Assembly: GCA_963628025.1 (NCBI GenBank)
Contig: CAVGCW010000036.1
Span: 37,896-101,895, forward strand
Direction: 5' to 3'
Source of the DNA: Alloprevotella sp.
GTDB lineage: Bacteria > Actinomycetota > Coriobacteriia > Coriobacteriales > Coriobacteriaceae
DNA length: 64,000 bases
Every line of letters begins with the position of its first letter. The first letter of the stretch is position 1. Below, piece by piece: positions 55,386-64,000 of this stretch. The translations under genes were made by a program, and so were the position numbers. The notes beneath the pieces were generated by a model, which was not told the origin of the DNA, ran no database searches, and saw only the letters and a program-made list of their open reading frames with translations.

Positions 55386-56795
55386 CTACACCTCGGGTGC
55401 CTTGGCTACGGTCTCGCTCTCTGCCGTGAGTGGCCGGTTGTCGATGCGGCGGCCCAAGCGATCGAGCTTCACAAGGAGCCATTCAATGGGATTCGGCCCT
55501 GCACCTTCCTCGTCGGCAACTAGGTCCATGACGGCGATCTTGGTGTCGTCCTGCTTGAGCGTAACGCTGCCCACCTTGTCGCCCACATGCACCGTGCCCG
55601 AAAGATCGTCGTAGCTAACCTTTTCGGTCACCTCGCCGGCAAGGGAAAACACGGTCGCTTGCGCCGTAGGATCGGCGAGTGTGGCGTCGATCGTCTTATC
55701 CGTCCAGTCGGTTTGGCCAATGCGCGCCATAAGCGGGTTGCCGTTGGCGGTCTTTTCCTGCGTGTTGGCGATCGCGACCGTCACCTTGTGACCGTAGTAC
55801 CAATTGGCAAGGGTTGCGGTATCGGTAAAGCGCTGGTCGGTGGTGGTGGAGTTCAAAACGACGGTGTAGATCTCGTCGCCATCGCGGTTGTAGGCACTCG
55901 TAAAGCAATAGCCTGCATCGTCGGTGGTGCCGGTCTTGCCACCGATGTTGCCATCTTGGCCCAGCAAATAGTTATGCGTGTCCATGGAGTGCGAATGGTC
56001 GGTGCCGTCGGCGCCCGTGACCTCGATCCAAGAATCCTCGCTCGCTACGACCTCGCGGATCGTGTCGTTTTTCATGGCCTTCTGCATCATTAGCGCTACG
56101 TCATGTGCGGTTGAGTGCATATCGCCAGCCCACTCATCAAAGTCCAGACCATGCGGGTTTTCAAAAAGCGTACCGGTGCAGCCGAGCTTCTTAGCGCGCT
56201 CGTTCATGGCCTTCACAAATGTGGCCTCGGCGTCTTTGGTCTTAGGGTCGATCTTCTTGCCCACATATTCGGCGAGCACGATGGCGGCGTCGTTGCCCGA
56301 GGGAATCATCAGGCCGCGCAGTGCCTGCTCCACGGTAAGCTCGTCGCCTTCGAGCAAGCCGGCGGTCGAATTACCCACGGTGGCTGCGGCGTTGCTTACC
56401 GTGACCTTCTCGTCCATCTTGCAATTCTCGACGGTTAGGATCGCGGTCATGACCTTGGTGATCGAGGCGATCTTGACCTGCTCATCGGCGCCACGGGCAT
56501 AGTAGACGGTGCCGTCTTTGCCCATGACGAGGGCATTGGTCGCATCGATATCGGGCAGGTTTTCGGCCGTGATGCCGCGCGCATCGGCGGTTTTGCCGCA
56601 AACATTGTCGGTCGTGAGCACTTGGGCGCCGGCGACGGTGGGCACGCCAGCGGCAAGGGCGATAGCGCAGACAAAGCCGGCGGCAAGCTGGGCTGAGCGC
56701 TTTGCAAAAGAGGTGAGGGACTTCACGGATTTCGCTTTCGACGGGATGGTCTCTTCTGGAACTAGAGTATATCGTTTGCCGGCGTCGGCGATCAT
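55386..56795 (-). CDS. D-alanyl-D-alanine carboxypeptidase (S11 serine peptidase / low-MW PBP)
   Basis: SITKVMT (SxxK), SGN and KTGTT motifs. N-terminal TM/signal. ATG 56795 is preferred over the track start at 56837. Confidence 0.85.
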   Translation of the reverse strand: MIADAGKRYTLVPEETIPSKAKSVKSLTSFAKRSAQLAAGFVCAIALAAGVPTVAGAQVLTTDNVCGKTADARGITAENLPDIDATNALVMGKDGTVYYARGADEQVKIASITKVMTAILTVENCKMDEKVTVSNAAATVGNSTAGLLEGDELTVEQALRGLMIPSGNDAAIVLAEYVGKKIDPKTKDAEATFVKAMNERAKKLGCTGTLFENPHGLDFDEWAGDMHSTAHDVALMMQKAMKNDTIREVVASEDSWIEVTGADGTDHSHSMDTHNYLLGQDGNIGGKTGTTDDAGYCFTSAYNRDGDEIYTVVLNSTTTDQRFTDTATLANWYYGHKVTVAIANTQEKTANGNPLMARIGQTDWTDKTIDATLADPTAQATVFSLAGEVTEKVSYDDLSGTVHVGDKVGSVTLKQDDTKIAVMDLVADEEGAGPNPIEWLLVKLDRLGRRIDNRPLTAESETVAKAPEV

Positions 56796-56923
56796 CGCGT
56801 GCGTGCGTGGCCCACATCCGCGCCCGAACGGGCACAAGGGTGCTTAAGGCCGACTTAATCACCCACGCTTGTTGTGTGTGGCATGCGTCGCCTCGGGCAT
56901 AATGGAGCGCGAGAGGAGCACGC

Positions 56924-57619
56924 ATGAACGAGCGCATTTTGGTAGTTGATGACGAAAAGGCCATCGCCGACTTGGTTGGTATCTACCTTACAAAAGAGGG
57001 CTTTGATGTCCAGATTGCCTATAGCGGGGCCGATGCGGCCAAGGCAATCTTGGAGCAGGAGTTCGATCTGGCGCTGCTGGATGTCATGCTGCCCGATATC
57101 GATGGGTTTGAGCTGCTGCGTACGATCCGTTCCAGCCATACCTATCCCGTGATCATGCTGACGGCGCGCGATGCCCAGCAAGACAAGATCGAGGGTCTTT
57201 CGCTTGGCGCGGACGATTACGTGGTTAAGCCGTTCCGTCCGCTGGAGCTCATCGCGCGCGTGCACGCTCAACTTCGCCGCTACACCAGCTACGGTAGCCG
57301 CGCACAGGCGGCCGAGTCGCTGACCCTCCAGCTCGACGGCCTGGAGATCAACCGCGATGCTCGTTCCGTGACAGTGGACGGTTCACCGGTTCGCCTCACG
57401 CCCATCGAGTATTCCATCTTGCTGTATCTGGTCGAGCATCGCGGCAGCGTGGCGGCCGTGGAGGACCTGTTCCGCGCGGTGTGGAACGAGGACTTTATGC
57501 CCGGCTCCAACAATACGGTGATGGTGCACATTCGCCACCTGCGCGAAAAGATCGGCGACGACGCACAAAAGCCGCGCTTTATCAAAAACGTCTGGGGCGT
57601 CGGCTACATAATCGAATAG
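56924..57619 (+). CDS. OmpR-family response regulator (VanR-like)
   Basis: Receiver ILVVDDE...LLDVMLPDIDG and a winged-helix C-terminus ...VWGVGY. Confidence 0.9.
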   Translation: MNERILVVDDEKAIADLVGIYLTKEGFDVQIAYSGADAAKAILEQEFDLALLDVMLPDIDGFELLRTIRSSHTYPVIMLTARDAQQDKIEGLSLGADDYVVKPFRPLELIARVHAQLRRYTSYGSRAQAAESLTLQLDGLEINRDARSVTVDGSPVRLTPIEYSILLYLVEHRGSVAAVEDLFRAVWNEDFMPGSNNTVMVHIRHLREKIGDDAQKPRFIKNVWGVGYIIE

Positions 57620-57644
57620 CGCCTTTGATGGTGGGGAAGTGGAT

Positions 57645-58883
57645 ATGACAAAAGACGATAGGCAGGCATTCGAGGTGCCCGATCGACTCTTTGAATACGT
57701 GAGGTCGTTCGTCGACAACCGCGCGCTTGCAACGGTGCTGCTCTTTTTGCTGAGCCTGCTGCTGATTGGCATCGATAACATCGCCGGAATCTTGGCGGTG
57801 CTGCTTATCGGCTTTTTGCTGATCGATCGATTCGAAATCGTTCGCCGCTGCGTGGTGATTGGCGGCGCCGCGTGGGCCATGACGTTGGCGATTGGCGCCA
57901 TGGCGCTCGGCGGCATTGAAGGGCCGGTGCTGTTCGATGCCGGCTTTGTATTCAACATGCTTGGCTTTGTGCTGGCGCTTGCCGTGTGCGTGCTGTTCTT
58001 GTGCGGCCGCGCCCTGTACTACCAGGGCTACGAGCAGGGCGAGCAGCATGCCGATTGTGTGCTGGCCGCTCGTATTCAAGATCGCCTGATCGATCACCCC
58101 GACACCTGGGACAACATCGACGGCGACTTCTTGGAGGCCGAGGGCGCCCTTAACCGCGTGCGTGACCGTGAGCGCAAGGTGCAGCAAGCTCTGCGTGACG
58201 AGTCGCATCGCAAGGACGATCTGGTCACGTACTTGGCACATGACCTGCGCACCCCGCTTGCCAGCGTGGTGGGCTATCTTTCGCTGCTGCAAGAGGCTCC
58301 CGAGCTGCCGGTTGAGCAACGTACGCACTTTACGGGCGTGGCGCTCGACAAGGCGCACCGGCTCGATGCACTCATCGAAGAGTTCTTCGATATCACGCGC
58401 TTTGACTTCCACGATATCGTGCTCACGCGCGGCTATGTTGATCTGGGGTTGCTGCTGGCTCAGGTGACTGACGAGTTCTATCCCATCCTCAACGAGCAGC
58501 ATAAGGAAGTCCAAGTTGATATTCGCGAGGACCTGACGGTGCTCGTGGATGGCGACAAGATGGCCCGCGTGTTTAACAACATCATGAAAAACGCCGTCGC
58601 CTATAGCTATGAGGGCTCGACTATCACGATCGAGGCCGGGCGCCAAGACGATGGCGGCGTGCGCGTGCGCTTTATCAATCAGGGCGATCCTATCCCTGCG
58701 GCTAAGCTCAAGGTGATCTTTGAGAAGTTCTATCGCCTGGATGCGGCGCGTGCGACCAATCGCGGTGGTGCCGGTCTGGGCCTTGCTATTGCCAAGGAGA
58801 TCATCGCGGCACACGGCGGTACCGTTGCATGTGAATCGACGCCCGAACACACGATATTCACCATCGAGCTGCCCGCCGCATAG
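57645..58883 (+). CDS. sensor histidine kinase (VanS-like)
   Basis: Two or more N-terminal TMs, H-box YLAHDLRTPLASVVGYLSLL, and N/G boxes (NIMKNAV, GGAGLGLAIAK). An alternative GTG start lies at 57639. Confidence 0.85.
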   Translation: MTKDDRQAFEVPDRLFEYVRSFVDNRALATVLLFLLSLLLIGIDNIAGILAVLLIGFLLIDRFEIVRRCVVIGGAAWAMTLAIGAMALGGIEGPVLFDAGFVFNMLGFVLALAVCVLFLCGRALYYQGYEQGEQHADCVLAARIQDRLIDHPDTWDNIDGDFLEAEGALNRVRDRERKVQQALRDESHRKDDLVTYLAHDLRTPLASVVGYLSLLQEAPELPVEQRTHFTGVALDKAHRLDALIEEFFDITRFDFHDIVLTRGYVDLGLLLAQVTDEFYPILNEQHKEVQVDIREDLTVLVDGDKMARVFNNIMKNAVAYSYEGSTITIEAGRQDDGGVRVRFINQGDPIPAAKLKVIFEKFYRLDAARATNRGGAGLGLAIAKEIIAAHGGTVACESTPEHTIFTIELPAA

Positions 58884-58986
58884 CCAGCGTGCCCTTACAA
58901 ACACTTGACAATGCGCTCACGTGCATATGAGCCGCGATTTCTACTATCGATACTGCTGAATTGATATCGATGTGGAGGTATGCGGT

Positions 58987-59862
58987 ATGACGGCTGCTGC
59001 GGCTGTGGAGCCCACGGAGCTTGAAGAACTCATGAAAGCGCAGGCCGAGGCCGCGTACGAGCGCGAGGTTGGGGATGCGACTCGCCCCACGGCAGAGGAT
59101 CTTGCCGCCTCGCCGACGCGCATCGACGTCGAGGGCCTCGACCTGTTCTATGGCGACCATCATGCGCTCAAGGACGTGAATATCAAGATCCGCGACAAGC
59201 AGATCACCTCGTTTATCGGGCCTTCGGGCTGCGGAAAGTCCACGTTGCTGCGCTGCTTTAACCGCATGAACGACGGCATCAAGGATTGCCGCATCGAGGG
59301 CAAGATTGCGCTCGATGGTCAAGATATCCTGGGCGATTACGACATCTGCCGTTTGCGCCAGCGCGTGGGCATGGTGTTTCAGCGCCCCAACCCGTTTCCC
59401 ATGAGCATCTACGACAACGTCGCCTACGGTCCTCGCGGCATGGGAGTGCGCGACCGCGTCGTGCTCGACGAGCTGGTCGAAGACTCCCTGCGACGCGCCG
59501 CCCTGTGGGACGAGGTCAAGGACAAGCTCAAAGAATCGGGTCTGGGTCTTTCGGGCGGCCAGCAGCAGCGTCTGTGCATCGCCCGTGCGCTGGCCGTGCA
59601 GCCCGACATTCTGCTGATGGACGAACCGACCTCGGCGCTCGACCCCGTATCGACGCTGGTGGTGGAGCAGCTGGCCTGCGAGCTCAAGGAGACCTGCACG
59701 CTCGTGGTCGTGACGCACAACATGCAGCAGGCCGCGCGTATTTCCGATTCGGTCGCGTTCTTTTTGCTGGGTGAGCTGGTGGAGCACGCGCCCACCGCGC
59801 AACTCTTCAAGAATCCGACTGATCCGCGCACGGCGGATTATTTGACGGGCCGTTTTGGCTGA
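58987..59862 (+). CDS. pstB: phosphate ABC transporter ATP-binding protein
   Basis: [27 protein letters not shown] and [14 protein letters not shown] are the PstB signature. No pstSCA is adjacent. Confidence 0.85.
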   Translation: MTAAAAVEPTELEELMKAQAEAAYEREVGDATRPTAEDLAASPTRIDVEGLDLFYGDHHALKDVNIKIRDKQITSFIGPSGCGKSTLLRCFNRMNDGIKDCRIEGKIALDGQDILGDYDICRLRQRVGMVFQRPNPFPMSIYDNVAYGPRGMGVRDRVVLDELVEDSLRRAALWDEVKDKLKESGLGLSGGQQQRLCIARALAVQPDILLMDEPTSALDPVSTLVVEQLACELKETCTLVVVTHNMQQAARISDSVAFFLLGELVEHAPTAQLFKNPTDPRTADYLTGRFG

Positions 59863-59926
59863 TACCATCTAGTACAGGCACCTTTAGGGTTAAGATGCGG
59901 TCATGCCGGCCGCAAAGGGGTTCAAC

Positions 59927-60655
59927 ATGATCTATTACGTCGAGGACGATGACAACATCAGGGATTTGACGGTCTATGCGCTGCGCAAGCAGGGAATCGA
60001 GGCCGAGGGCTTTTCGTGCGATGGCGAGTTTAAGGCCGCCGTGGCGCGACGGGTACCCGATGCTGTCCTGCTCGATATCATGCTGCCCGATACCGATGGC
60101 TTGGCGATTATGCGTCGACTGCGTGCCGATCGCCTGACGGCGACGGTGCCCATCATGATGCTTACCGCCAAGGATACCGAGCTCGACAAGGTGATGGCGC
60201 TCGATGGCGGTGCCGACGATTACCTGACTAAGCCGTTTTCGCTCATGGAGCTCGCCAGCCGCTGCCGCGCACTGCTGCGTCGCGGCGGCATGGTCAAACA
60301 GGCAAGCGATGTGCTCAGCGTGGGCGACATTGTGCTCTCGCCCAGCCATCGTGAGGTGACTGTTGCCGGCGAGTCGCTTAAGCTCACCCTGCGCGAGTTC
60401 GACCTGCTCGAGTACCTCATGCGCAAGCCCGGCGTGGTCTTTACCCGCGAGTCGTTGCTGCAGAGCGTGTGGGGCTGGGACTTCGACGGCGGTTCGCGCA
60501 CCGTTGACGTGCACGTGCAGACGCTTCGCCAAAAACTGGGCGAGCATGCCAGCGCCATCGAGACCGTGCGCGGCGTGGGCTACCGCTTGGCCGAGCCTTC
60601 TGCCGGTGATGGTGCCGAAGGTGACGACACCGCGGCCACCGCATCGGAGGAGTAA
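59927..60655 (+). CDS. OmpR-family response regulator (PhoB/PhoP-like)
   Basis: Receiver YYVEDDDNI...LLDIMLPDTDG and a winged-helix ...VRGVGY. Confidence 0.85.
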   Translation: MIYYVEDDDNIRDLTVYALRKQGIEAEGFSCDGEFKAAVARRVPDAVLLDIMLPDTDGLAIMRRLRADRLTATVPIMMLTAKDTELDKVMALDGGADDYLTKPFSLMELASRCRALLRRGGMVKQASDVLSVGDIVLSPSHREVTVAGESLKLTLREFDLLEYLMRKPGVVFTRESLLQSVWGWDFDGGSRTVDVHVQTLRQKLGEHASAIETVRGVGYRLAEPSAGDGAEGDDTAATASEE

Positions 60656-60658
60656 CCC

Positions 60659-62083
60659 GTGGTCTTCGCCCCCCAGGGAAAACATACGCTGTCGCACCGC
60701 GTTTTTGTGACGATCTTTGTCTGCGCCATGGCGGTTATCGTGGCGTTTACGGTGCTGGGTGCGTTCTTTGTGCAAAACACCTTGGCGGATGCCACGAGTG
60801 CCAATCTGGCGCAGGAAACCGAGCTCATTGCTGCCGCCCTCGACGAGCAGCAGGAGCCCATCCCGTTCTTGCGTAGCCTCGATCGAGAGGACTTGCGCAT
60901 CACGCTGATTAACAAGGATGGATCGGTTGCCTACGACAACGAGGCGTCGCCTTCCACGCTGCCCAACCATGGCGATCGCCCCGAGGTCATCGAGGCCTTT
61001 GAGAATGGTTCGGGTTCCGCGGAGCGCGCAAGCTCTACGCTCGACGAGATTATGCTGTATCGCGCCGTCGCCCTTGATAACGGCCAGGTTGTCCGCTTGG
61101 CGCAGGCCCAGCCTGGCGTTGCAGCGATTTTGCTGTCGATGGTGGCGCCGATGCTGCTTATCGCAGCAGCGGGCGCGGTACTCTCGTTTTTTATGGCGCG
61201 CCGCGAGTCCCGTGCCATCATCGCGCCGTTGCAAGAGGTGGATTTGGACCACCCGCGCCGTAGCTATGAGCATGCCTATGCCGAGATGGTACCCATGCTT
61301 GAGCGTATCGAGTCGCAGCGCCAGGAACTCAAGCGCCAAATGGCGGTGCTAGCGGACAACGACCGTATGCGCCGCGAGTTCACGGCGAATATCACCCATG
61401 AGCTCAAGACACCGCTTACGGCGATTTCGGGCTATGCCGAGCTCATCGCAAACGGCATGGTCGAGGGCGAGGACGACCTGTGCAACTTTGGCGGTCGCAT
61501 CTATCGTGAGGCGGGCCGCTTGGCAGCGCTCGTCAACGACATCCTTACGCTGTCTAACTTGGACGAGGCCGAGCGTGCAACTGAGGGCGAGGCGGTGCCC
61601 ATTGGATCCACGGAGCCTATTGAGCTCTCGCGTGCCATCTACGCGGTTGAGCAGCGTCTTGAACAGGTCGCCCGTCAGGCGAATGTGACGATAAGTCATG
61701 AGACCAAGCCCGTGGTCATCGAAGGCGTGTCGCGCTTGATCGACGAGCTCATCTATAATCTGGCAAGCAACGCCATCCGCTACAATCGACCCGGCGGTAC
61801 GGTTACGCTGCAGTGCGGCACCAACGACGAAGGCCATCCGTTCCTTGCGGTCGCCGACACGGGAATCGGTATCGCGCCTGAAGAACAGGGCAAGGTATTT
61901 GAGCGGTTCTATCGCGTGGACAAGAGTAGGTCCAAGGCACGCGGCGGAACCGGTCTGGGGCTTGCCATTGTCAAGCATGCGGCTCTGTATCATCACGCCA
62001 CGCTCGAACTGTCGAGCGAGTTGGGCGTGGGAACCACCATTACGGTGACGTTTCCCATACAGCAGGACGAGCCATTCGCATAG
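60659..62083 (+). CDS. sensor histidine kinase (PhoR-like)
   Basis: GTG start after GGAGGAG. Two TMs flank an extracytoplasmic domain. H-box FTANITHELKTPLTAISGY. GGTGLGLAIVK. Confidence 0.85.
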   Translation: MVFAPQGKHTLSHRVFVTIFVCAMAVIVAFTVLGAFFVQNTLADATSANLAQETELIAAALDEQQEPIPFLRSLDREDLRITLINKDGSVAYDNEASPSTLPNHGDRPEVIEAFENGSGSAERASSTLDEIMLYRAVALDNGQVVRLAQAQPGVAAILLSMVAPMLLIAAAGAVLSFFMARRESRAIIAPLQEVDLDHPRRSYEHAYAEMVPMLERIESQRQELKRQMAVLADNDRMRREFTANITHELKTPLTAISGYAELIANGMVEGEDDLCNFGGRIYREAGRLAALVNDILTLSNLDEAERATEGEAVPIGSTEPIELSRAIYAVEQRLEQVARQANVTISHETKPVVIEGVSRLIDELIYNLASNAIRYNRPGGTVTLQCGTNDEGHPFLAVADTGIGIAPEEQGKVFERFYRVDKSRSKARGGTGLGLAIVKHAALYHHATLELSSELGVGTTITVTFPIQQDEPFA

Positions 62084-62278
62084 CGATGCAACATAGATAT
62101 TGATGTAGACGCCGCATTTGACTTTCGGGTTCGGCGTTGTTGTGCAATTTTACGATTGCTTCCGACATTTTTACAGGAGAGCCTGTTTCTTATGTATAGA
62201 GTTTGGCCTCGGTAAAAAGATGCGATAACATACGGACAGTTTTGTCAATCCGAACTGGGGAAATGAAAGGCAAGCTGC

Positions 62279-62935
62279 ATGACCCTTCTCGAACTGTTCC
62301 AGCTGCTGAAGAAGCACCTCAAGCTGGTCATCACCCTTCCGGTGGTCTGCGCGATCGCCATGGGCATCGTGTCCTTCGTTGCGATGGACAACACCTACAC
62401 CGCGACGACGAGCATGTACATTCTCGCCAAGACCGACGATAGCGGTCAGATGAGCTACAACGATCTCTCGGCGAGCCAGATGCTTTCCAACGATATCGCC
62501 ACGCTGCTGGATAGCGATAGCGTTAAGAGCGGTGCTGCCAATGAGTTGGGCCTTGCTGACCTGGATGACTACAAGGTGTCTGTTTCCTCCGAGACCACCA
62601 CGCGTGTCATTACGCTTTCGGTTACCGGCACCGATGCCAAGGAGACGGCTAAGGTCGCAAAGGCCATGGCCAGCTCGGTGAGTACGGTCGCTCAGAACGT
62701 CGGCGCTGCCCAGAGCATCAACGTTATCGACGAGGCTAAGACTCCCGAAGTCCCCAGCGGCCCCAAGCGCACGCTGTACGTTGCTGTCGCGTTCCTCGCC
62801 GGTATCTTTATCGCAGTTGCCTATGTCGTTTTGGCAGACATGCTCAATACCCGCATCCGCGGTGCCGAAGAGGCGGAAGAGCTCCTGGGCATTCCCGTTG
62901 TTGGCCGAATTCCGGCTATGAAAGGTGGTAAATAG
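62279..62935 (+). CDS. Wzz/CpsC-type polysaccharide chain-length determinant (BY-kinase modulator)
   Basis: N- and C-terminal TMs around a Wzz-like domain. Located immediately upstream of the BY-kinase. Confidence 0.8.
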   Translation: MTLLELFQLLKKHLKLVITLPVVCAIAMGIVSFVAMDNTYTATTSMYILAKTDDSGQMSYNDLSASQMLSNDIATLLDSDSVKSGAANELGLADLDDYKVSVSSETTTRVITLSVTGTDAKETAKVAKAMASSVSTVAQNVGAAQSINVIDEAKTPEVPSGPKRTLYVAVAFLAGIFIAVAYVVLADMLNTRIRGAEEAEELLGIPVVGRIPAMKGGK

Positions 62936-62937
62936 GC

Positions 62938-63675
62938 ATGGCTAAGGCAAAGAACACCGATAAGCTCGTTGTACAGAATGCCGCCAAGACCCTTCTGGCC
63001 AACATCCGCTTTGCGAGCGTGGACGACCCCATTCGCACCATTACCGTCACGTCCTCGATTCCCAACGAGGGCAAGTCTACGGTTTCCATCAACCTTGCCC
63101 AGGCTATCGCCACGAGCGGCAAGTCCGTGCTCCTGGTCGAGGCCGATATGCGCCGCAGGTCCCTTTCCGATATGCTCGGCGTTCGTTCGCGCGGCGGACT
63201 CTATGCGGTCCTTTCCGAGCAGATCTCCATTGACCAGGCAATTGTCGAGACGGGTCAGAAGAACTTCTACTTCCTCGATGCCGAGCCGCATATTCCCAAT
63301 CCTGCCGACATCATTGTCTCTCACCGCTTTGCCAAGTTGGTAAAGGCACTGTCCGCCAAGTTCCAGTACGTCATCTTTGATGCTCCCCCGGTCGGCACCT
63401 TCATCGATGCTGCCGAGATTGCCAGCCTGACCGACGGTACGCTGTTCGTGGTGCGCGAGGACTTCACCAAGCGCGAGGAGGCACTCAACGCTATCGGCCA
63501 GCTTAAGAAGTCCGAAAAGGTCAAGCTCATCGGTACCGTTATGAACTACTGCGAGACCGAGACCAGCGAGTACTACTACTCCTACTACACCAAGGACGGT
63601 AAGAAGGTGAAGAAGGGCTCGGACGATCAGGGGACTTCCAAAAAGGGCATCTTCACCAACCGAGCAAACGTTTAG
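62938..63675 (+). CDS. CpsD/CapB-type tyrosine-protein kinase (BY-kinase)
   Basis: Walker A SSIPNEGKST, Walker A' VLLVEADMRR, Walker B VIFDAPP, and a C-terminal Tyr cluster SEYYYSYYT. Confidence 0.85.
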   Translation: MAKAKNTDKLVVQNAAKTLLANIRFASVDDPIRTITVTSSIPNEGKSTVSINLAQAIATSGKSVLLVEADMRRRSLSDMLGVRSRGGLYAVLSEQISIDQAIVETGQKNFYFLDAEPHIPNPADIIVSHRFAKLVKALSAKFQYVIFDAPPVGTFIDAAEIASLTDGTLFVVREDFTKREEALNAIGQLKKSEKVKLIGTVMNYCETETSEYYYSYYTKDGKKVKKGSDDQGTSKKGIFTNRANV

Positions 63676-63692
63676 TTGATTAAGGCTGACCT

Positions 63693-64000
63693 ATGCGTGA
63701 CATTCATTGCCATATCTTGCCGGGTGTAGACGACGGCGCCGCCGATCTCGATGAGAGCTTGGCGATGCTCGAGGCTGCCAAGCGGGCCGGTGTAACCAGA
63801 ATCGTTTGCACTCCTCACTGCCGTGATCCCTATTTTGATTACGACAAGATGTGGGATGCCTTTGAACTGCTGCGTGATAACGCTGACGGTTTTCCGCTCC
63901 AGATGGGCTTCGAGGTCAACCATCGAAAGCTCGTTGAGCTTGGTATCGATGCTGCGGAGCACTTGCATTTCGATGGGACCAACGAGTTTCTGCTCGAGCT
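63693..64000 (+). CDS. CpsB/PHP-family protein-tyrosine phosphatase (5' part, runs off the window)
   Basis: My translation is MRDIHCHILPGVDDGAADLDESLAMLEAAKRAGVTRIVCTPH. This is the HxH...DDG...TPH metal-site pattern of CpsB. Confidence 0.8.
   Translation, partial: MRDIHCHILPGVDDGAADLDESLAMLEAAKRAGVTRIVCTPHCRDPYFDYDKMWDAFELLRDNADGFPLQMGFEVNHRKLVELGIDAAEHLHFDGTNEFLLE

Overview
GC-rich bacterial chromosomal segment with short AT-rich islands. The gene content suggests a high-GC Gram-positive anaerobe such as Coriobacteriia (Collinsella-like): a tad/Flp pilus operon with CpaB but no secretin, a DUF4012 protein, a terminator-type T-box on pheST, and a CpsC/CpsD/CpsB-type start of a polysaccharide locus. 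This taxonomy is inference only. I support about 60 protein genes. They include housekeeping genes (pheST, pyk, metG, serS, proC, rsmA, rsmI, rlmH, rsgA, glmM), transporters (man-family PTS IIC/IID with a SIS deglycase, a DMT exporter, a CbiMNQO-type ECF system, a P-type ATPase, a lone PstB) and two OmpR-type two-component systems. There is also a 12-gene tad locus with two Flp prepilins, a toxin-first TA pair, and 7 tRNA genes (Val-GAC, Phe-GAA, Leu-CAG, three identical Arg-ACG, Ser-GCU). The most unusual signals are non-coding. (1) A ~130-nt hairpin-rich element occurs in three copies. Each copy lies between ~60-nt direct repeats made of the T-loop-to-CCA part of a tRNA gene plus its terminator (tRNA-Leu once, tRNA-Arg twice). 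Each copy starts with an inverted copy of a T-loop. (2) Four tandem ~48-nt hairpins with ~62-nt periodicity follow tRNA-Phe. (3) A dense GAGAGAT heptamer array precedes an AlbA_2/Schlafen-like regulator gene, inside a small lower-GC islet that abuts the 3' end of tRNA-Val. I found no integrase, transposase, CRISPR array or rRNA. All domain calls come from motif recognition by eye, with no database searches. Many long ORFs in the supplied track are antisense shadows of real genes.
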